A stretch of DNA of 50,670 bases from contig JAURAC010000013.1 in the NCBI GenBank assembly GCA_030586555.1, forward strand, positions 1-50,670, written 5' to 3'. Shown here in pieces: positions 27,919-37,501 of this stretch (position 1 is the first letter of the stretch; every line of letters starts with the position of its first letter). Both the position numbers and the translations under genes were made by a program. The notes under the pieces are model-generated. The model worked only from the letters and a program-made list of their open reading frames with translations. It ran no database searches and was not told the DNA's origin. The stretch comes from Candidatus Subterrananammoxibius californiae (GTDB lineage Bacteria > Planctomycetota > Brocadiia > Brocadiales > Subterrananammoxibiaceae).

Positions 27919-27938
27919 TTTAGCCCTCCCTATACCGA

Positions 27939-28052
27939 TGTCATTGCGAGGAGCAAAGCGACGAAGCAATCTCATAATATGTGTTGTCCAGGAAAAAATG
28001 AGATTGCTTCGCTTACGCTCGCAATGACAGGAAAAGGGGTCTCGCAATGACA
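27939..28052. repeat. TGTCATTGCGAG-family REP doublet
   Basis: TGTCATTGCGAGGAGCAAAGCGACGAAGCAATCTC...GAGATTGCTTCGCTTACGCTCGCAATGACA plus an extra CTCGCAATGACA. Confidence 0.8.
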
Positions 28053-28060
28053 ATTTACCG

Positions 28061-29044
28061 TTAAATTAAATACTCAATAACTTTCTTATCAGGAATAAAC
28101 TTAGTCAGTTGGCTCAATCCAAGGTTTGAGATTGCACCATTAATCAATTCTTCTTCACTCGCCTGAGGCGGGTCGTTTAAATAGAACCTTCCTGCATCTA
28201 TAAGCGCCTTCTTTGGAACAAGTCCAATTATTTCGCTTCCTGTGACTTTTATACCGAGAAGCGACGCCTGTTCTTTAACGGCATTGTAGGCAACATGAAT
28301 GGGTGTAACGTTAAAATTCGTTAGATTCATTGAAACCTGGGTAATCCCATGCTTTCTCAATTCCACACCCATTGCTTTCACACATTTCAGTTTGCCAGGA
28401 ATCCCTTTGCTACCTGACTCCCTGATTATACCAGCAATCCTATTAGCAATCCTTACATCGCCAGTTTCAAGGTTAACGTTATACGCAATCAAAAAATTTC
28501 TTGCACCAATTACTGTTGCCCCTGTCCTCTTAACTGTTTCATCAAATACGCCAGGACCATAATCTGGTTTCCAATCTTCACAACTCAATTTTTCTTTTAA
28601 GCCTTCGTATTCACCTTTTCTAATATTTGATAGGTCTTTTCTTTCAGCCGTCCTTGCCGCCTCTGCATAAAGATATACAGGAATACCAAGCCTATCGCCC
28701 ACCTCTTTTCCAAGTTCACTTGCCAGTTCAACGCAGGTCTCCATTGTTACGTTAGAGACAGGCACAAAAGGACAAACGTCTGTGGCTCCAATTCTCGGAT
28801 GCTCACCCTTTTGTTTGGACATATTAATTAGTTCGGCAGCCTTTGCTATTGCCTTAAAGGCTGCATCCTTCACGCCCTCTGGTGTACCCACAAAGGTGAT
28901 TACGGTTCGATTATAATCCCAATCTGACTCTACGTTAAGCAGTTTAACGTTTGAAACACACTCTATTTCTTCCTTTATTTGATTTATAGTATCAGGGTTT
29001 CTGCCATCACTAAAATTGGGCACACATTCAACAATCCTCTGCAT
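28061..29044 (-). CDS. Glutamate formimidoyltransferase (FTCD N-terminal part)
   Basis: IVECVPNFSDGR, GEHPRIGATDVCPFVP, IRKGEYEGL, GARNFLIAYNVNL, QVSMNL. Confidence 0.93.
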   Translation of the reverse strand: MQRIVECVPNFSDGRNPDTINQIKEEIECVSNVKLLNVESDWDYNRTVITFVGTPEGVKDAAFKAIAKAAELINMSKQKGEHPRIGATDVCPFVPVSNVTMETCVELASELGKEVGDRLGIPVYLYAEAARTAERKDLSNIRKGEYEGLKEKLSCEDWKPDYGPGVFDETVKRTGATVIGARNFLIAYNVNLETGDVRIANRIAGIIRESGSKGIPGKLKCVKAMGVELRKHGITQVSMNLTNFNVTPIHVAYNAVKEQASLLGIKVTGSEIIGLVPKKALIDAGRFYLNDPPQASEEELINGAISNLGLSQLTKFIPDKKVIEYLI

Positions 29045-29113
29045 TTTCTTTTCCACTCCGCCACGTCATCCGACGTGGCACCCTGTCGCATGACAGGGCG
29101 AACTCTGAACTCT

Positions 29114-30826
29114 CTACTCTGAACTCAAAAAAGGTACTTCTCCTATTATCTTGAATCCGTTATCTTGCCAGAAATATTCCTTACCCTTGTACACATAATG
29201 GGTAGCATATTCTAACTCTTTCCTAATTTTCTCAGGGCTGTAGCCATTCTTTAGCAATTGCAATCCCAATCTGTATTTCTCAACAGCCTTTTGAAACATC
29301 GGCTTTCCCATAAACTTCATCCTTTTAAATATTTCTAAATCTGCTTCGTTCAGTAACGGTTTTAAATCATAATTAGTTTCCGAAAAGTCCTTCTCCTCAC
29401 TATCATCTTTGAGACTTACACTCATCAAGGCATCAACCATTCTAACGAATAATTCTTGCTTCAGCAAAACCTTTTCGTATTCCCTCAAGTATACTTCGGC
29501 TTTCCTAATTTCTGCCATTTTGTAGGGGCGGGGTAACCCCGCCCCTACTGATACAATTTCTTTCCTAACAGGGTTGAAGAATATCTGACCGTTGTAGGGA
29601 ACAAAATAAGGAGGCAATTTATCAATATAATTTATATCCACGATATCACCTTCATCAATACCAAGAAAACACAAAGCCCCAACATGCCATGCTATCCCGC
29701 TACTATCATAATTTGCAACCATGTAAAGCCTATACGACGTCCTTTGCTTCAGTACATACTCAATCAATTCTCTAATTCCACCCATGCCCCCCTTTAGTAA
29801 AGAGGCGTTGGGGGGATTATACCCTTCTAATGCATGGCACCACGTAACAGGGGCATAAATTTCTGAGAGCCTGTCTATGAATGTTGTAAATCCGCCGTTT
29901 TTTTGGCGGGAAGAATCCTTAAACCTGTTGTAAACGTAATCCAATATCTCACCTGATGTCGGCCCTTCGTATCGCTTATCGTAAAGAAGCCCTATGCCGC
30001 CTTCCTCTACATCATCCAAAAAGAAGTGTCCCAGTTCATGGTCTAAGGCATCCTGAAAGAATCGTCGGTTATACTCTATACTTGCAGATTCATCTTGATA
30101 CTTTTCATCCATATAAGTTATTAAGGTTCTCAACTCGTCCTCTGAGTATTCGTTAGAGTTGTCCCCGAACGTATCTACATGTTCAGGATTAATCCTCTCA
30201 CACAGTGTTCTATATTCCTCCATGTAGGGGCGGGTTTGAAACCCGCCCCTACTCACGGTCTTTTGAATCTTTGATATTGTTTCTAATTTGCGGTCTAACA
30301 AGGCAAATCTCAGCGCCTCTTTCAACTCTGCTACAGGGAAAGTAACCTTATATGGTATCACTATCGTATTTTTGTAATCATCATAATAACCTCCCTCTTT
30401 AGCCTTCTTTGGATTATTGTTAATCTTTCTTGCCAAAGAAACACTCCTTTTGCCGTCCGCCTTAGACGGACTATAATCCGATTTTATAATCTCCTTTACA
30501 AAATCATCCCATTTGCCAAATTCACGGTTTATTGCCCCGTTATCAACGGTAATACAATGATACTTTCTCCACAAGTCATTAGCAATAGCCACCAATTCTT
30601 GCTTCGGTTCTTTAACAGAAACACTGGAACAACCGCATAGTAAAATAAAAAGGCAAAAAGGTAAAAAGGTGAAGAGGCGAAGAGGTAAGGATTTCCTTTT
30701 GTCACCCCGAACTTGTTTCAGGGTCTTGTTGGGCAAAGGAACGAGATGCTGAAATAAATTCAGCATGACAGAAAGCAACCCATTCCTTTTTAGCCTTTTC
30801 ACCTTTTCGCCTCTTAGCCTATTCAC
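29114..30826 (-). CDS. Putative lipoprotein with HExxH metallopeptidase-like motif
   Basis: FILLCGC lipobox-like segment, DHELGHF; start uncertain because the 5' end is built of repeats. Confidence 0.55.
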   Translation of the reverse strand: MNRLRGEKVKRLKRNGLLSVMLNLFQHLVPLPNKTLKQVRGDKRKSLPLRLFTFLPFCLFILLCGCSSVSVKEPKQELVAIANDLWRKYHCITVDNGAINREFGKWDDFVKEIIKSDYSPSKADGKRSVSLARKINNNPKKAKEGGYYDDYKNTIVIPYKVTFPVAELKEALRFALLDRKLETISKIQKTVSRGGFQTRPYMEEYRTLCERINPEHVDTFGDNSNEYSEDELRTLITYMDEKYQDESASIEYNRRFFQDALDHELGHFFLDDVEEGGIGLLYDKRYEGPTSGEILDYVYNRFKDSSRQKNGGFTTFIDRLSEIYAPVTWCHALEGYNPPNASLLKGGMGGIRELIEYVLKQRTSYRLYMVANYDSSGIAWHVGALCFLGIDEGDIVDINYIDKLPPYFVPYNGQIFFNPVRKEIVSVGAGLPRPYKMAEIRKAEVYLREYEKVLLKQELFVRMVDALMSVSLKDDSEEKDFSETNYDLKPLLNEADLEIFKRMKFMGKPMFQKAVEKYRLGLQLLKNGYSPEKIRKELEYATHYVYKGKEYFWQDNGFKIIGEVPFLSSE

Positions 30827-30829
30827 CTC

Positions 30830-31924
30830 TTAGCCACTGTCCCCTATTACCTCTTTATAGACGCCAATGGTCTTCTCTGCAGTTTGTGTCCACGAAAACA
30901 TTTTCACCCTTTCAATGCCCTTTTTAATAAGTTCGTCCCTCAAAGAGCTATTGGAAAGCACATCAAAGATAGCCTGCGCCAATTCTTCGACGCTCTTTGG
31001 GGTAACCAGAATTCCAGCATCGCCAACGACCTCCGGAAAGGAGGAAACATTAGTAGCAATAACGGGAACGCCGCATGCCATAGCCTCAAGACAGGTCAAA
31101 CCAAATCCCTCATAAGAGGAAGGATTAAGAAACACCTCTGCAAGATTATAAACCAAAGGTAATTGCTCATCTTCTACCGCCCCGATGAAGATAACATCCT
31201 TTTGCAGATTTAATTCCAGTACCAATCTCATTATATCTTTCCACAACCATCCCTTTCTACCTACGATAACAAGCTGATGCGGGATATCCTTTTGCCTTTT
31301 TAATTGGGAAAAAGCTCTTATTGCAACGTCAATATTCTTCCTCGGCTGTAATGTGCTCACACACAATATTATATCCTTTGCGAGCCCGTGTTTAACCCTG
31401 AATGCTTCGAGCCTCCTAGTATCATTTATCCTGTGAAAATCGTCTGAAACTCCATTAAGAATACTAACAACCTTCGTCTCATTGACGCCTAAGATATTAA
31501 TGATGTCCGTTCTTGACTGTTGCGATACGGTAATTACCTTCTTAGCCTTTTTAACTGCATGCCTGAAGTGAAACTTAAGGTGCGCCCTTTGCATAATTGT
31601 AAAACTTTCCGGAAAAAGGAACGGCGCCATATCATGAATAGTAACAACTGATTTTGTGTGGCTAAATAATGGCAGGGCGTTTTTTGTATTGTGATATAAA
31701 CCCACATCGTACAAACCAAAGATTGGAAATTGTAGATTGTAGATTGAAGATTTAATTAGATTTTTATTTTGAATCCCTTCAATAGGGAGCAAAAGTTCTG
31801 TGTTATCAGTAAGAATAACGTACTCATTCTCTCTGTCAATTTTTGAAAGAGCCTTAATTAAATTATACGCATAGGTTCTCGGTCCCCCGATAGTCCCCAG
31901 GATGGCTGCTATTGCAATCTTCAT
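30830..31924 (-). CDS. Glycosyltransferase family 4 (GT-B)
   Basis: [34 protein letters not shown]. Confidence 0.92.
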   Translation of the reverse strand: MKIAIAAILGTIGGPRTYAYNLIKALSKIDRENEYVILTDNTELLLPIEGIQNKNLIKSSIYNLQFPIFGLYDVGLYHNTKNALPLFSHTKSVVTIHDMAPFLFPESFTIMQRAHLKFHFRHAVKKAKKVITVSQQSRTDIINILGVNETKVVSILNGVSDDFHRINDTRRLEAFRVKHGLAKDIILCVSTLQPRKNIDVAIRAFSQLKRQKDIPHQLVIVGRKGWLWKDIMRLVLELNLQKDVIFIGAVEDEQLPLVYNLAEVFLNPSSYEGFGLTCLEAMACGVPVIATNVSSFPEVVGDAGILVTPKSVEELAQAIFDVLSNSSLRDELIKKGIERVKMFSWTQTAEKTIGVYKEVIGDSG

Positions 31925-31936
31925 CACATTTTAATT

Positions 31937-31966
31937 CACGGACAAACAAGTTTGTCCATGCCACCC
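31937..31966. repeat. GGGTGGCA-family REP
   Basis: CACGGACAAACAAGTTTGTCCATGCCACCC. Confidence 0.75.
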
Positions 31967-31969
31967 AGT

Positions 31970-33058
31970 TTAAAAGAGGTAAGTAAGAATTTCTTCTGGC
32001 GTAATGACTTCACCATTTACCTTTGAGAACGATATTACGTCTGTTTTAACCACCCTTTGAACCTCACGAACAATCTGCCCTAAATTCATTTCAGGAACGA
32101 TGATTTTTTTGACCCTCATTCCAACTTGCTTAACAATAGAATCTGGAAAGGGCCAAATGGTTTTTAACCTTAAAAGTCCTGCTTTTACCCCATTCTGACG
32201 AGCAATCTTAACCGCCGCAATGCTTGCCCTTGCAGTAATCCCATATGCTATGATTGCCACATCGGCATCTTCAAGCATGTATTCATCCGTTTGTATAATT
32301 TTATCTGCATTCTGCAATATCTTATTGCTCAGCCTTTTTAACTGCCTTTCCTGAACATCTGCATCCTGTGTCTTCCTGAAACCATACTCATCATGCGTGG
32401 AACCTGTAATTAATAGGTTTTCGCCTTCCCCAAAGACCGTGCCCCGTGACTCGTGACTCGTGACTCGTGGCTGACGGGCAACGAGCGACGGGCGACGAGC
32501 CACGAAATTCTCCCTGAGGTGCCCCAACGCAGCATCAGCCATAACAAAAACAGGCACTCGATATGTCTCCGCAAGATTGAAGGCACGGATTGTTTCGTCA
32601 TACATCTCCTGTACTGACCATGGCGAAAGGGCAATTACCTGGTAGTCGCCATGAGAGCCCCATTTGACCTGCATCATATCGCCGTGAGCAGGACGCGTTG
32701 CCTGACCGGTAGCTGGTCCAACCCTCTGAACATCCACAATAACACATGGGGTTTCAGTCATAATAGCATAACCAATATTTTCCATCATAAGACTTAACCC
32801 CGGACCGGAGGTTGCCGTCATTGCTTTTGCGCCAGCCCATGAGGCTCCTATTACCGCAGCAATAGATGATATCTCGTCCTCCATCTGGATAAAAACGCCA
32901 TTCACCTCAGGCAAACGGCGCATCATCCATTCCATTATCTCACTCGATGGTGAAATAGGGTATCCTGCAAAGAAAAGACATCCTGCCGCAATAGCCCCCT
33001 CCGCACATGCATCGTTACCCTGAAGGAAGGATTGAAACCCTTGCAAAGTGTTTCTCAT
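31970..33058 (-). CDS. korA: 2-oxoacid:ferredoxin oxidoreductase alpha subunit
   Basis: FAGYPISPSSE, QMEDEI, TATSGPG, DVQRVGPATG, VPEMNLGQ. Confidence 0.88.
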   Translation of the reverse strand: MRNTLQGFQSFLQGNDACAEGAIAAGCLFFAGYPISPSSEIMEWMMRRLPEVNGVFIQMEDEISSIAAVIGASWAGAKAMTATSGPGLSLMMENIGYAIMTETPCVIVDVQRVGPATGQATRPAHGDMMQVKWGSHGDYQVIALSPWSVQEMYDETIRAFNLAETYRVPVFVMADAALGHLRENFVARRPSLVARQPRVTSHESRGTVFGEGENLLITGSTHDEYGFRKTQDADVQERQLKRLSNKILQNADKIIQTDEYMLEDADVAIIAYGITARASIAAVKIARQNGVKAGLLRLKTIWPFPDSIVKQVGMRVKKIIVPEMNLGQIVREVQRVVKTDVISFSKVNGEVITPEEILTYLF

Positions 33059-33059
33059 T

Positions 33060-33260
33060 TTACTTAACAGTAATTGCCATATCAGGGCACTGAAGTTCGC
33101 AGAGCATACACCTTGTGCATTTATCAGGATGTTTTACTAAAACAGGCACAAACCCCGTCTCAGAGACATCGCCCTCTTTTTCAAAGACATTCACAGGGCA
33201 TATCTCAACACATATATAACATCCCTTGCATAATGTATTATTAATTTCTATGTTTCTCAT
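33060..33260 (-). CDS. 2x[4Fe-4S] ferredoxin (KorD/delta subunit-like)
   Basis: CKGCYICVEICP and CTRCMLCELQCPDMAI. Confidence 0.9.
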   Translation of the reverse strand: MRNIEINNTLCKGCYICVEICPVNVFEKEGDVSETGFVPVLVKHPDKCTRCMLCELQCPDMAITVK

Positions 33261-33304
33261 TTCTTTTTACCGAATGGTACAACAATCTCTCTAATTTATC
33301 AATG

Positions 33305-35431
33305 TTATCTTTCCACTGAATAAACGGCATAACTATCTACCTGCTTTAGCAGAGTAATTTTACCGCTTTCAAGCAATTCGAGTAAGCACTTATCAAGGAA
33401 CTCTTTTATCTTGTGGGTAAACACCTCATCATGGGCATAGTCATAAAGAAGGTGTGTTATGCCCAATTCTTTTATGCTTTTTAAGAAAGTTAAGGTATTA
33501 TTGATTTTGTCAAAGTTCAAAACACTCTGGAATGCAGGATTTACCTCCATATAATCCCTGTTCAGGTAATACGATACATCTAAACGCCAGGATAATACCT
33601 TTGCGTCTTGCGGTAGATTATCGTTAATCCACACGGCTATTCTGTTTTCACTACACTCGTTTAGAAATTGTCTCTGGTCGAGAACGCCTAAACCCGTAAA
33701 GAATGGGCTAACAACCCACTTAATGGATATAGAGAAAGATGCAATAGAAAGGACAACCATACATAAAATGATGGGTAGCCTTGTAAGCGAGTATTTCGTC
33801 CATGCTATCGTAATAAAGTATGCAACTATAATGCTCAACATTGCAAAACCTACGTAGAAGAATCTCCATTGTGGGGAAGTAAAGATAAAGAAAATATAAT
33901 ATGCAATGGCTACACAGAAAAAGCGCCTTATAAACCTGTTTCCTTGCCAGAGTGTCGTGAGGGCGGGCATCAAAAATATACCAACGATAGGCGAAAGAGA
34001 GTATGTTGAGGAAAGTAATTCTTTATTAATCTTGATAAAGTCATTAAAGCATTTAGCGCCTCTCCATTGTGCTTGTGAAAGAAAGGCACGAAAGCACTCG
34101 TTTGAGCAGTTGTTCCAATGCCTTGCACCAACATAATCGTAGAAAAAGGGGAAGACTGGGTCATTCGTTAACCACCAACTCCTTATGTACCATGGCAATG
34201 CGACAATACCAACAAGTAATATACACCACACCAGTTTCTTTAAGAAATGCCTATCCATTTTAACAGTAACGAGCAAACCTACAAAGAACAATGACACAAA
34301 AAATAGTCCCTGGATTTTAGTCGCAGACGCTAAGGCACAACAAATAATAGAGAGGTAAAGATATCCTTCCCTTCGGCTATGCTCAGGGTGAGCCTGTCGA
34401 ACCCTTCTTTCTTCTATCCACACAAAAAATGCATATACCCCCAATAATGAGAATAATCCAAGGGCTACATCTATCCATGGTTCAGAAAAACAAGAAGAAA
34501 AAGGAAATGCAAACTGCACTGTAATCATAACAACAACAGCCAAATATCCAACCTTTTTTGAAAAATATTTGGCTCCGATAGAAAATATCGTAATTAAAAA
34601 CATTGATGAAATACTGAAGCTAAAAAGTTTTGAAAGGGTCTCACCCGAAGTTATTAGACCCAATAGATATAGCATCTCCGTATGCGCTGGAAGTGTCGAA
34701 AACAAAAAACCAGGGAAATGTACTAACGCATGATGCTTTATGTACAGCTTTGGAAGCGCCATGTGATAGATAAGTGGGTCAGCACTTACTACTGGGCTGA
34801 AAGATGTCACAAGCTGAACAATCAAAAATATAATTATTACGGGCAGGAATACGAGGTCTGTTTTGTCTATTTTATAAGGCAAAGAGGGCGAAAATGTAGG
34901 GGCAGGTCTTGCACCTGCCCCATTTTGGGCAACCATCCGCCTGAGGCGGGTTGCCCCTACCTTTTTTATCTCAAGGATTGAAAGTACGCCGAGTAACGTT
35001 AAAAATAAGTAAACCGCCTCCTTATACAGCAGCCTTGAAATACCGAGATAGAAAATGCCTAAAGAATAAACACCCCATCCTAATGGAATAGAGAAAATTA
35101 TCTTGTTTATCCTGGAATCAAAATCAACCCTTAACCAACGGAGGATACGGTTGCCCGTAAGCGTAGCAATAAAATTAAAAATCAGGACATAAAAGAGGTT
35201 GGATAATCGTGGTAGGAATACAGGAACCCAATGAAATTTCAATGTATCCGCTACAAGTTGTTTGGCGTCTGGCCGCCAATTGAAGAAACTAAGCCATGGG
35301 GCATCAAAACAGTAGCAGATAGTAAGGCTTAGTATCCATACAGAAAAAACCATGGGGATAAACATAGAAAACAACAAGCATCCCACCCCTGCATTACTCG
35401 AATGCCTTAAGTCCGAGTACCTCGCGTCCAA
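33305..35431 (-). CDS. Multi-pass GT-C / ArnT-like membrane glycosyltransferase
   Basis: Many TM segments, DPLIYHMALPK, PWYIRSW..T.DPVFP, WINDNLP.DAKV; true start probably downstream of 35431. Confidence 0.65.
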   Translation of the reverse strand: MDARYSDLRHSSNAGVGCLLFSMFIPMVFSVWILSLTICYCFDAPWLSFFNWRPDAKQLVADTLKFHWVPVFLPRLSNLFYVLIFNFIATLTGNRILRWLRVDFDSRINKIIFSIPLGWGVYSLGIFYLGISRLLYKEAVYLFLTLLGVLSILEIKKVGATRLRRMVAQNGAGARPAPTFSPSLPYKIDKTDLVFLPVIIIFLIVQLVTSFSPVVSADPLIYHMALPKLYIKHHALVHFPGFLFSTLPAHTEMLYLLGLITSGETLSKLFSFSISSMFLITIFSIGAKYFSKKVGYLAVVVMITVQFAFPFSSCFSEPWIDVALGLFSLLGVYAFFVWIEERRVRQAHPEHSRREGYLYLSIICCALASATKIQGLFFVSLFFVGLLVTVKMDRHFLKKLVWCILLVGIVALPWYIRSWWLTNDPVFPFFYDYVGARHWNNCSNECFRAFLSQAQWRGAKCFNDFIKINKELLSSTYSLSPIVGIFLMPALTTLWQGNRFIRRFFCVAIAYYIFFIFTSPQWRFFYVGFAMLSIIVAYFITIAWTKYSLTRLPIILCMVVLSIASFSISIKWVVSPFFTGLGVLDQRQFLNECSENRIAVWINDNLPQDAKVLSWRLDVSYYLNRDYMEVNPAFQSVLNFDKINNTLTFLKSIKELGITHLLYDYAHDEVFTHKIKEFLDKCLLELLESGKITLLKQVDSYAVYSVER

Positions 35432-36545
35432 TTATTAGCTTTTGTATCTGTGAAGTACCCTCGTATATCGTTGCACACTTCGCATCCCTGAAATATCTTT
35501 CAACGGGAAGCTCATTTGAGTAGCCGTAACCCCCGTGTATCTGAACTGCATCAGTAGCCGCCCTCATTGCCATCTCAGAGGCGAAGTATTTTGCGATAGA
35601 CGTCTCAAGTGTGCTTTTTTGCCCTTTATTTTTTACATGAGCCGCCTTATAAACAAGCATCCTTGCAGCCTCTGTATCAACCACCATCTTAGCAATCATA
35701 TCCTGAACAAGCTGGAAATTGCCAATAGGCTTACCGAATTGTATCCTTTCCTTTGCATATTTTATACAGGCATCAATGCAAGCCTGCCCAATGCCCACAC
35801 ATCCAGCAGCCACACTGAATCTTCCATTATCCAGTGCGCTCATGGCAATTTTGAAGCCATCCCCCAACCCGCCGAGGATGGCATCCCTGGGTATCTTGCA
35901 ATTATCAAATATCAGTTCCGCTGTATTAGATGATCGTAAGCCAAGCTTATTCTCTATATTTTTTGTAGAAAAGCCTGCGGCATCTTTGCTAACCAGGAAG
36001 GCAGTCAAACCCTCGTGCTTCTCCTTTCCCGTCCGTGCAATGACAAGCGCAATATCAGCTATTCCGCCGTTAGAAATCCATGTCTTGGTACCATTAAGCA
36101 CCCATGCATCCTTCTGGAAGACAGCAGTAGTAGATAAACTACCCGCATCGCTACCTGCATTTGGTTCTGTTAGTCCGAAACAACCGATAATATCAGCCTT
36201 GCACAAAGGAGGTAAATATTTTAATCTTTGTTCCTCCGTACCCCACTTAAGTATGCTGATTTCGACTAAGGATACTTGAGCCGAAGTAAAAGTCCTTATT
36301 GATGAGCATGCCCTTCCTATTTCTTCAGTTATTATGGCATGACAGATGTAATCAAGTCCTGCACCACCATATTTTTCAGGAATAGGACCACCAAGTAACC
36401 CTAAGGCAGCCATCTTCTTCGGGAGGTCCATTGGAAAGCGTGCATAAAGGTCGTTTTCCCTTGCTCCCGGAGCAACTTCCTCGTCTGCAAATTTCCTTGC
36501 AAGCTCCTTTATCATTTTTTGTTCTTCTGTTAAATCAAAATTCAT
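35394..36545 (-). CDS. Acyl-CoA dehydrogenase
   Basis: GCFGLTEPNAGSD, LNGTKTWISNG, R.QFGKPI..FQ, QIHGGYGY, IYEGTSQIQ. Confidence 0.95.
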   Translation of the reverse strand: MNFDLTEEQKMIKELARKFADEEVAPGARENDLYARFPMDLPKKMAALGLLGGPIPEKYGGAGLDYICHAIITEEIGRACSSIRTFTSAQVSLVEISILKWGTEEQRLKYLPPLCKADIIGCFGLTEPNAGSDAGSLSTTAVFQKDAWVLNGTKTWISNGGIADIALVIARTGKEKHEGLTAFLVSKDAAGFSTKNIENKLGLRSSNTAELIFDNCKIPRDAILGGLGDGFKIAMSALDNGRFSVAAGCVGIGQACIDACIKYAKERIQFGKPIGNFQLVQDMIAKMVVDTEAARMLVYKAAHVKNKGQKSTLETSIAKYFASEMAMRAATDAVQIHGGYGYSNELPVERYFRDAKCATIYEGTSQIQKLIIGREVLGLKAFE

Positions 36546-36810
36546 ATCTTTATCCCTCATAAAATAGATAGGGTTAGAATTACCCCGTCCCTACACGGGC
36601 TATTCTATCAGCAGATTTCGTTAAAAGCAAGCCCCATACTAATTTGATTGCAAAGACAGAAGGCGTATCCAATTCCATTCCCAATCCACCCTGCCTGTGC
36701 GAAGGCATACAGGCTGGCAAATTATTACTGGGCAAGCCTCAGAAACCTGTTCTCGCCTGTCTAAGTGCCACGCACAGGTAGAACAGGTTCAGAAATTGGT
36801 AAAAAGTAAG

Positions 36811-36839
36811 TTGACTTTTATACGTGCATAGACTATAAT
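36811..36839 (+). promoter_or_regulatory. sigma70-type promoter
   Basis: TTGACT-N17-TATAAT. Confidence 0.6.
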
Positions 36840-36890
36840 AACTTGCGAAATTGAGAGAACTGCCTTTCTCAACAAGGTGAGAGGTAAAAG

Positions 36891-37196
36891 ATGTCGCTTG
36901 TAGTAAAAAAAGAGAAAAAACCAAAGCACCCATACATTGAGAAAAAGAAAGGGGTTTGTGGGGGGGAGCCTGTAATTGCTGGGACACGGATTACAGTCAG
37001 CCTTATTGTAGAATTAGAGCGGTCGGGCAATTCAGTAGATGACATTGTAGCTATGTATCCCCACATTACCCATGCACAGGTTTATGATACCCTTTCTTAC
37101 TATTATGACCACAAGAAGAAGATTGATAAAATTATAGAGGAGAACAAAGAAGCGTATTGGATGGAGAAAACCAAGGATGAGGGTTGGAGAAAATAA
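36891..37196 (+). CDS. DUF433-family putative antitoxin
   Basis: KHPYI...CGGEPVIAGTRITV, YPHIT.AQVYD.LSYYYDH. Confidence 0.88.
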   Translation: MSLVVKKEKKPKHPYIEKKKGVCGGEPVIAGTRITVSLIVELERSGNSVDDIVAMYPHITHAQVYDTLSYYYDHKKKIDKIIEENKEAYWMEKTKDEGWRK

Positions 37197-37456
37197 AGAT
37201 TTACATTGATGAAGACCTCACAGACCGTTTAGCAGTTGCATTAATCAGAGTTCGGAGTTCGGAGAAAAAAACTCTCAACTCTCAACTCTTAACTCCGAAT
37301 AGAGAATATTACAAAAAGGGACTGTCACACAACGGAATAGTGGTGACGGATTTCCTTCTCCTAAAAGAATTAATAAGGAGGATAACTAAATTTCTTAATG
37401 AAAGAAGTCCAGTTGAAATAAAAAATCATCTGGATTGGTTACAAAATTACAAATAA
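37184..37456 (+). pseudogene. DUF5615 PIN-like toxin with its core replaced in frame by heptamer repeats
   Basis: IYIDED start and HNGIV end align with 13324-13653; the SD.EQL/T..DF core is missing and RVRSSEKKTLNSQLLTPN (37246-37299) stands in its place. Confidence 0.7.
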
Positions 37457-37501
37457 TGTGGTAGAATCACAACTACCGCTGGTTATTAATGGAGTAAAAT
37501 T

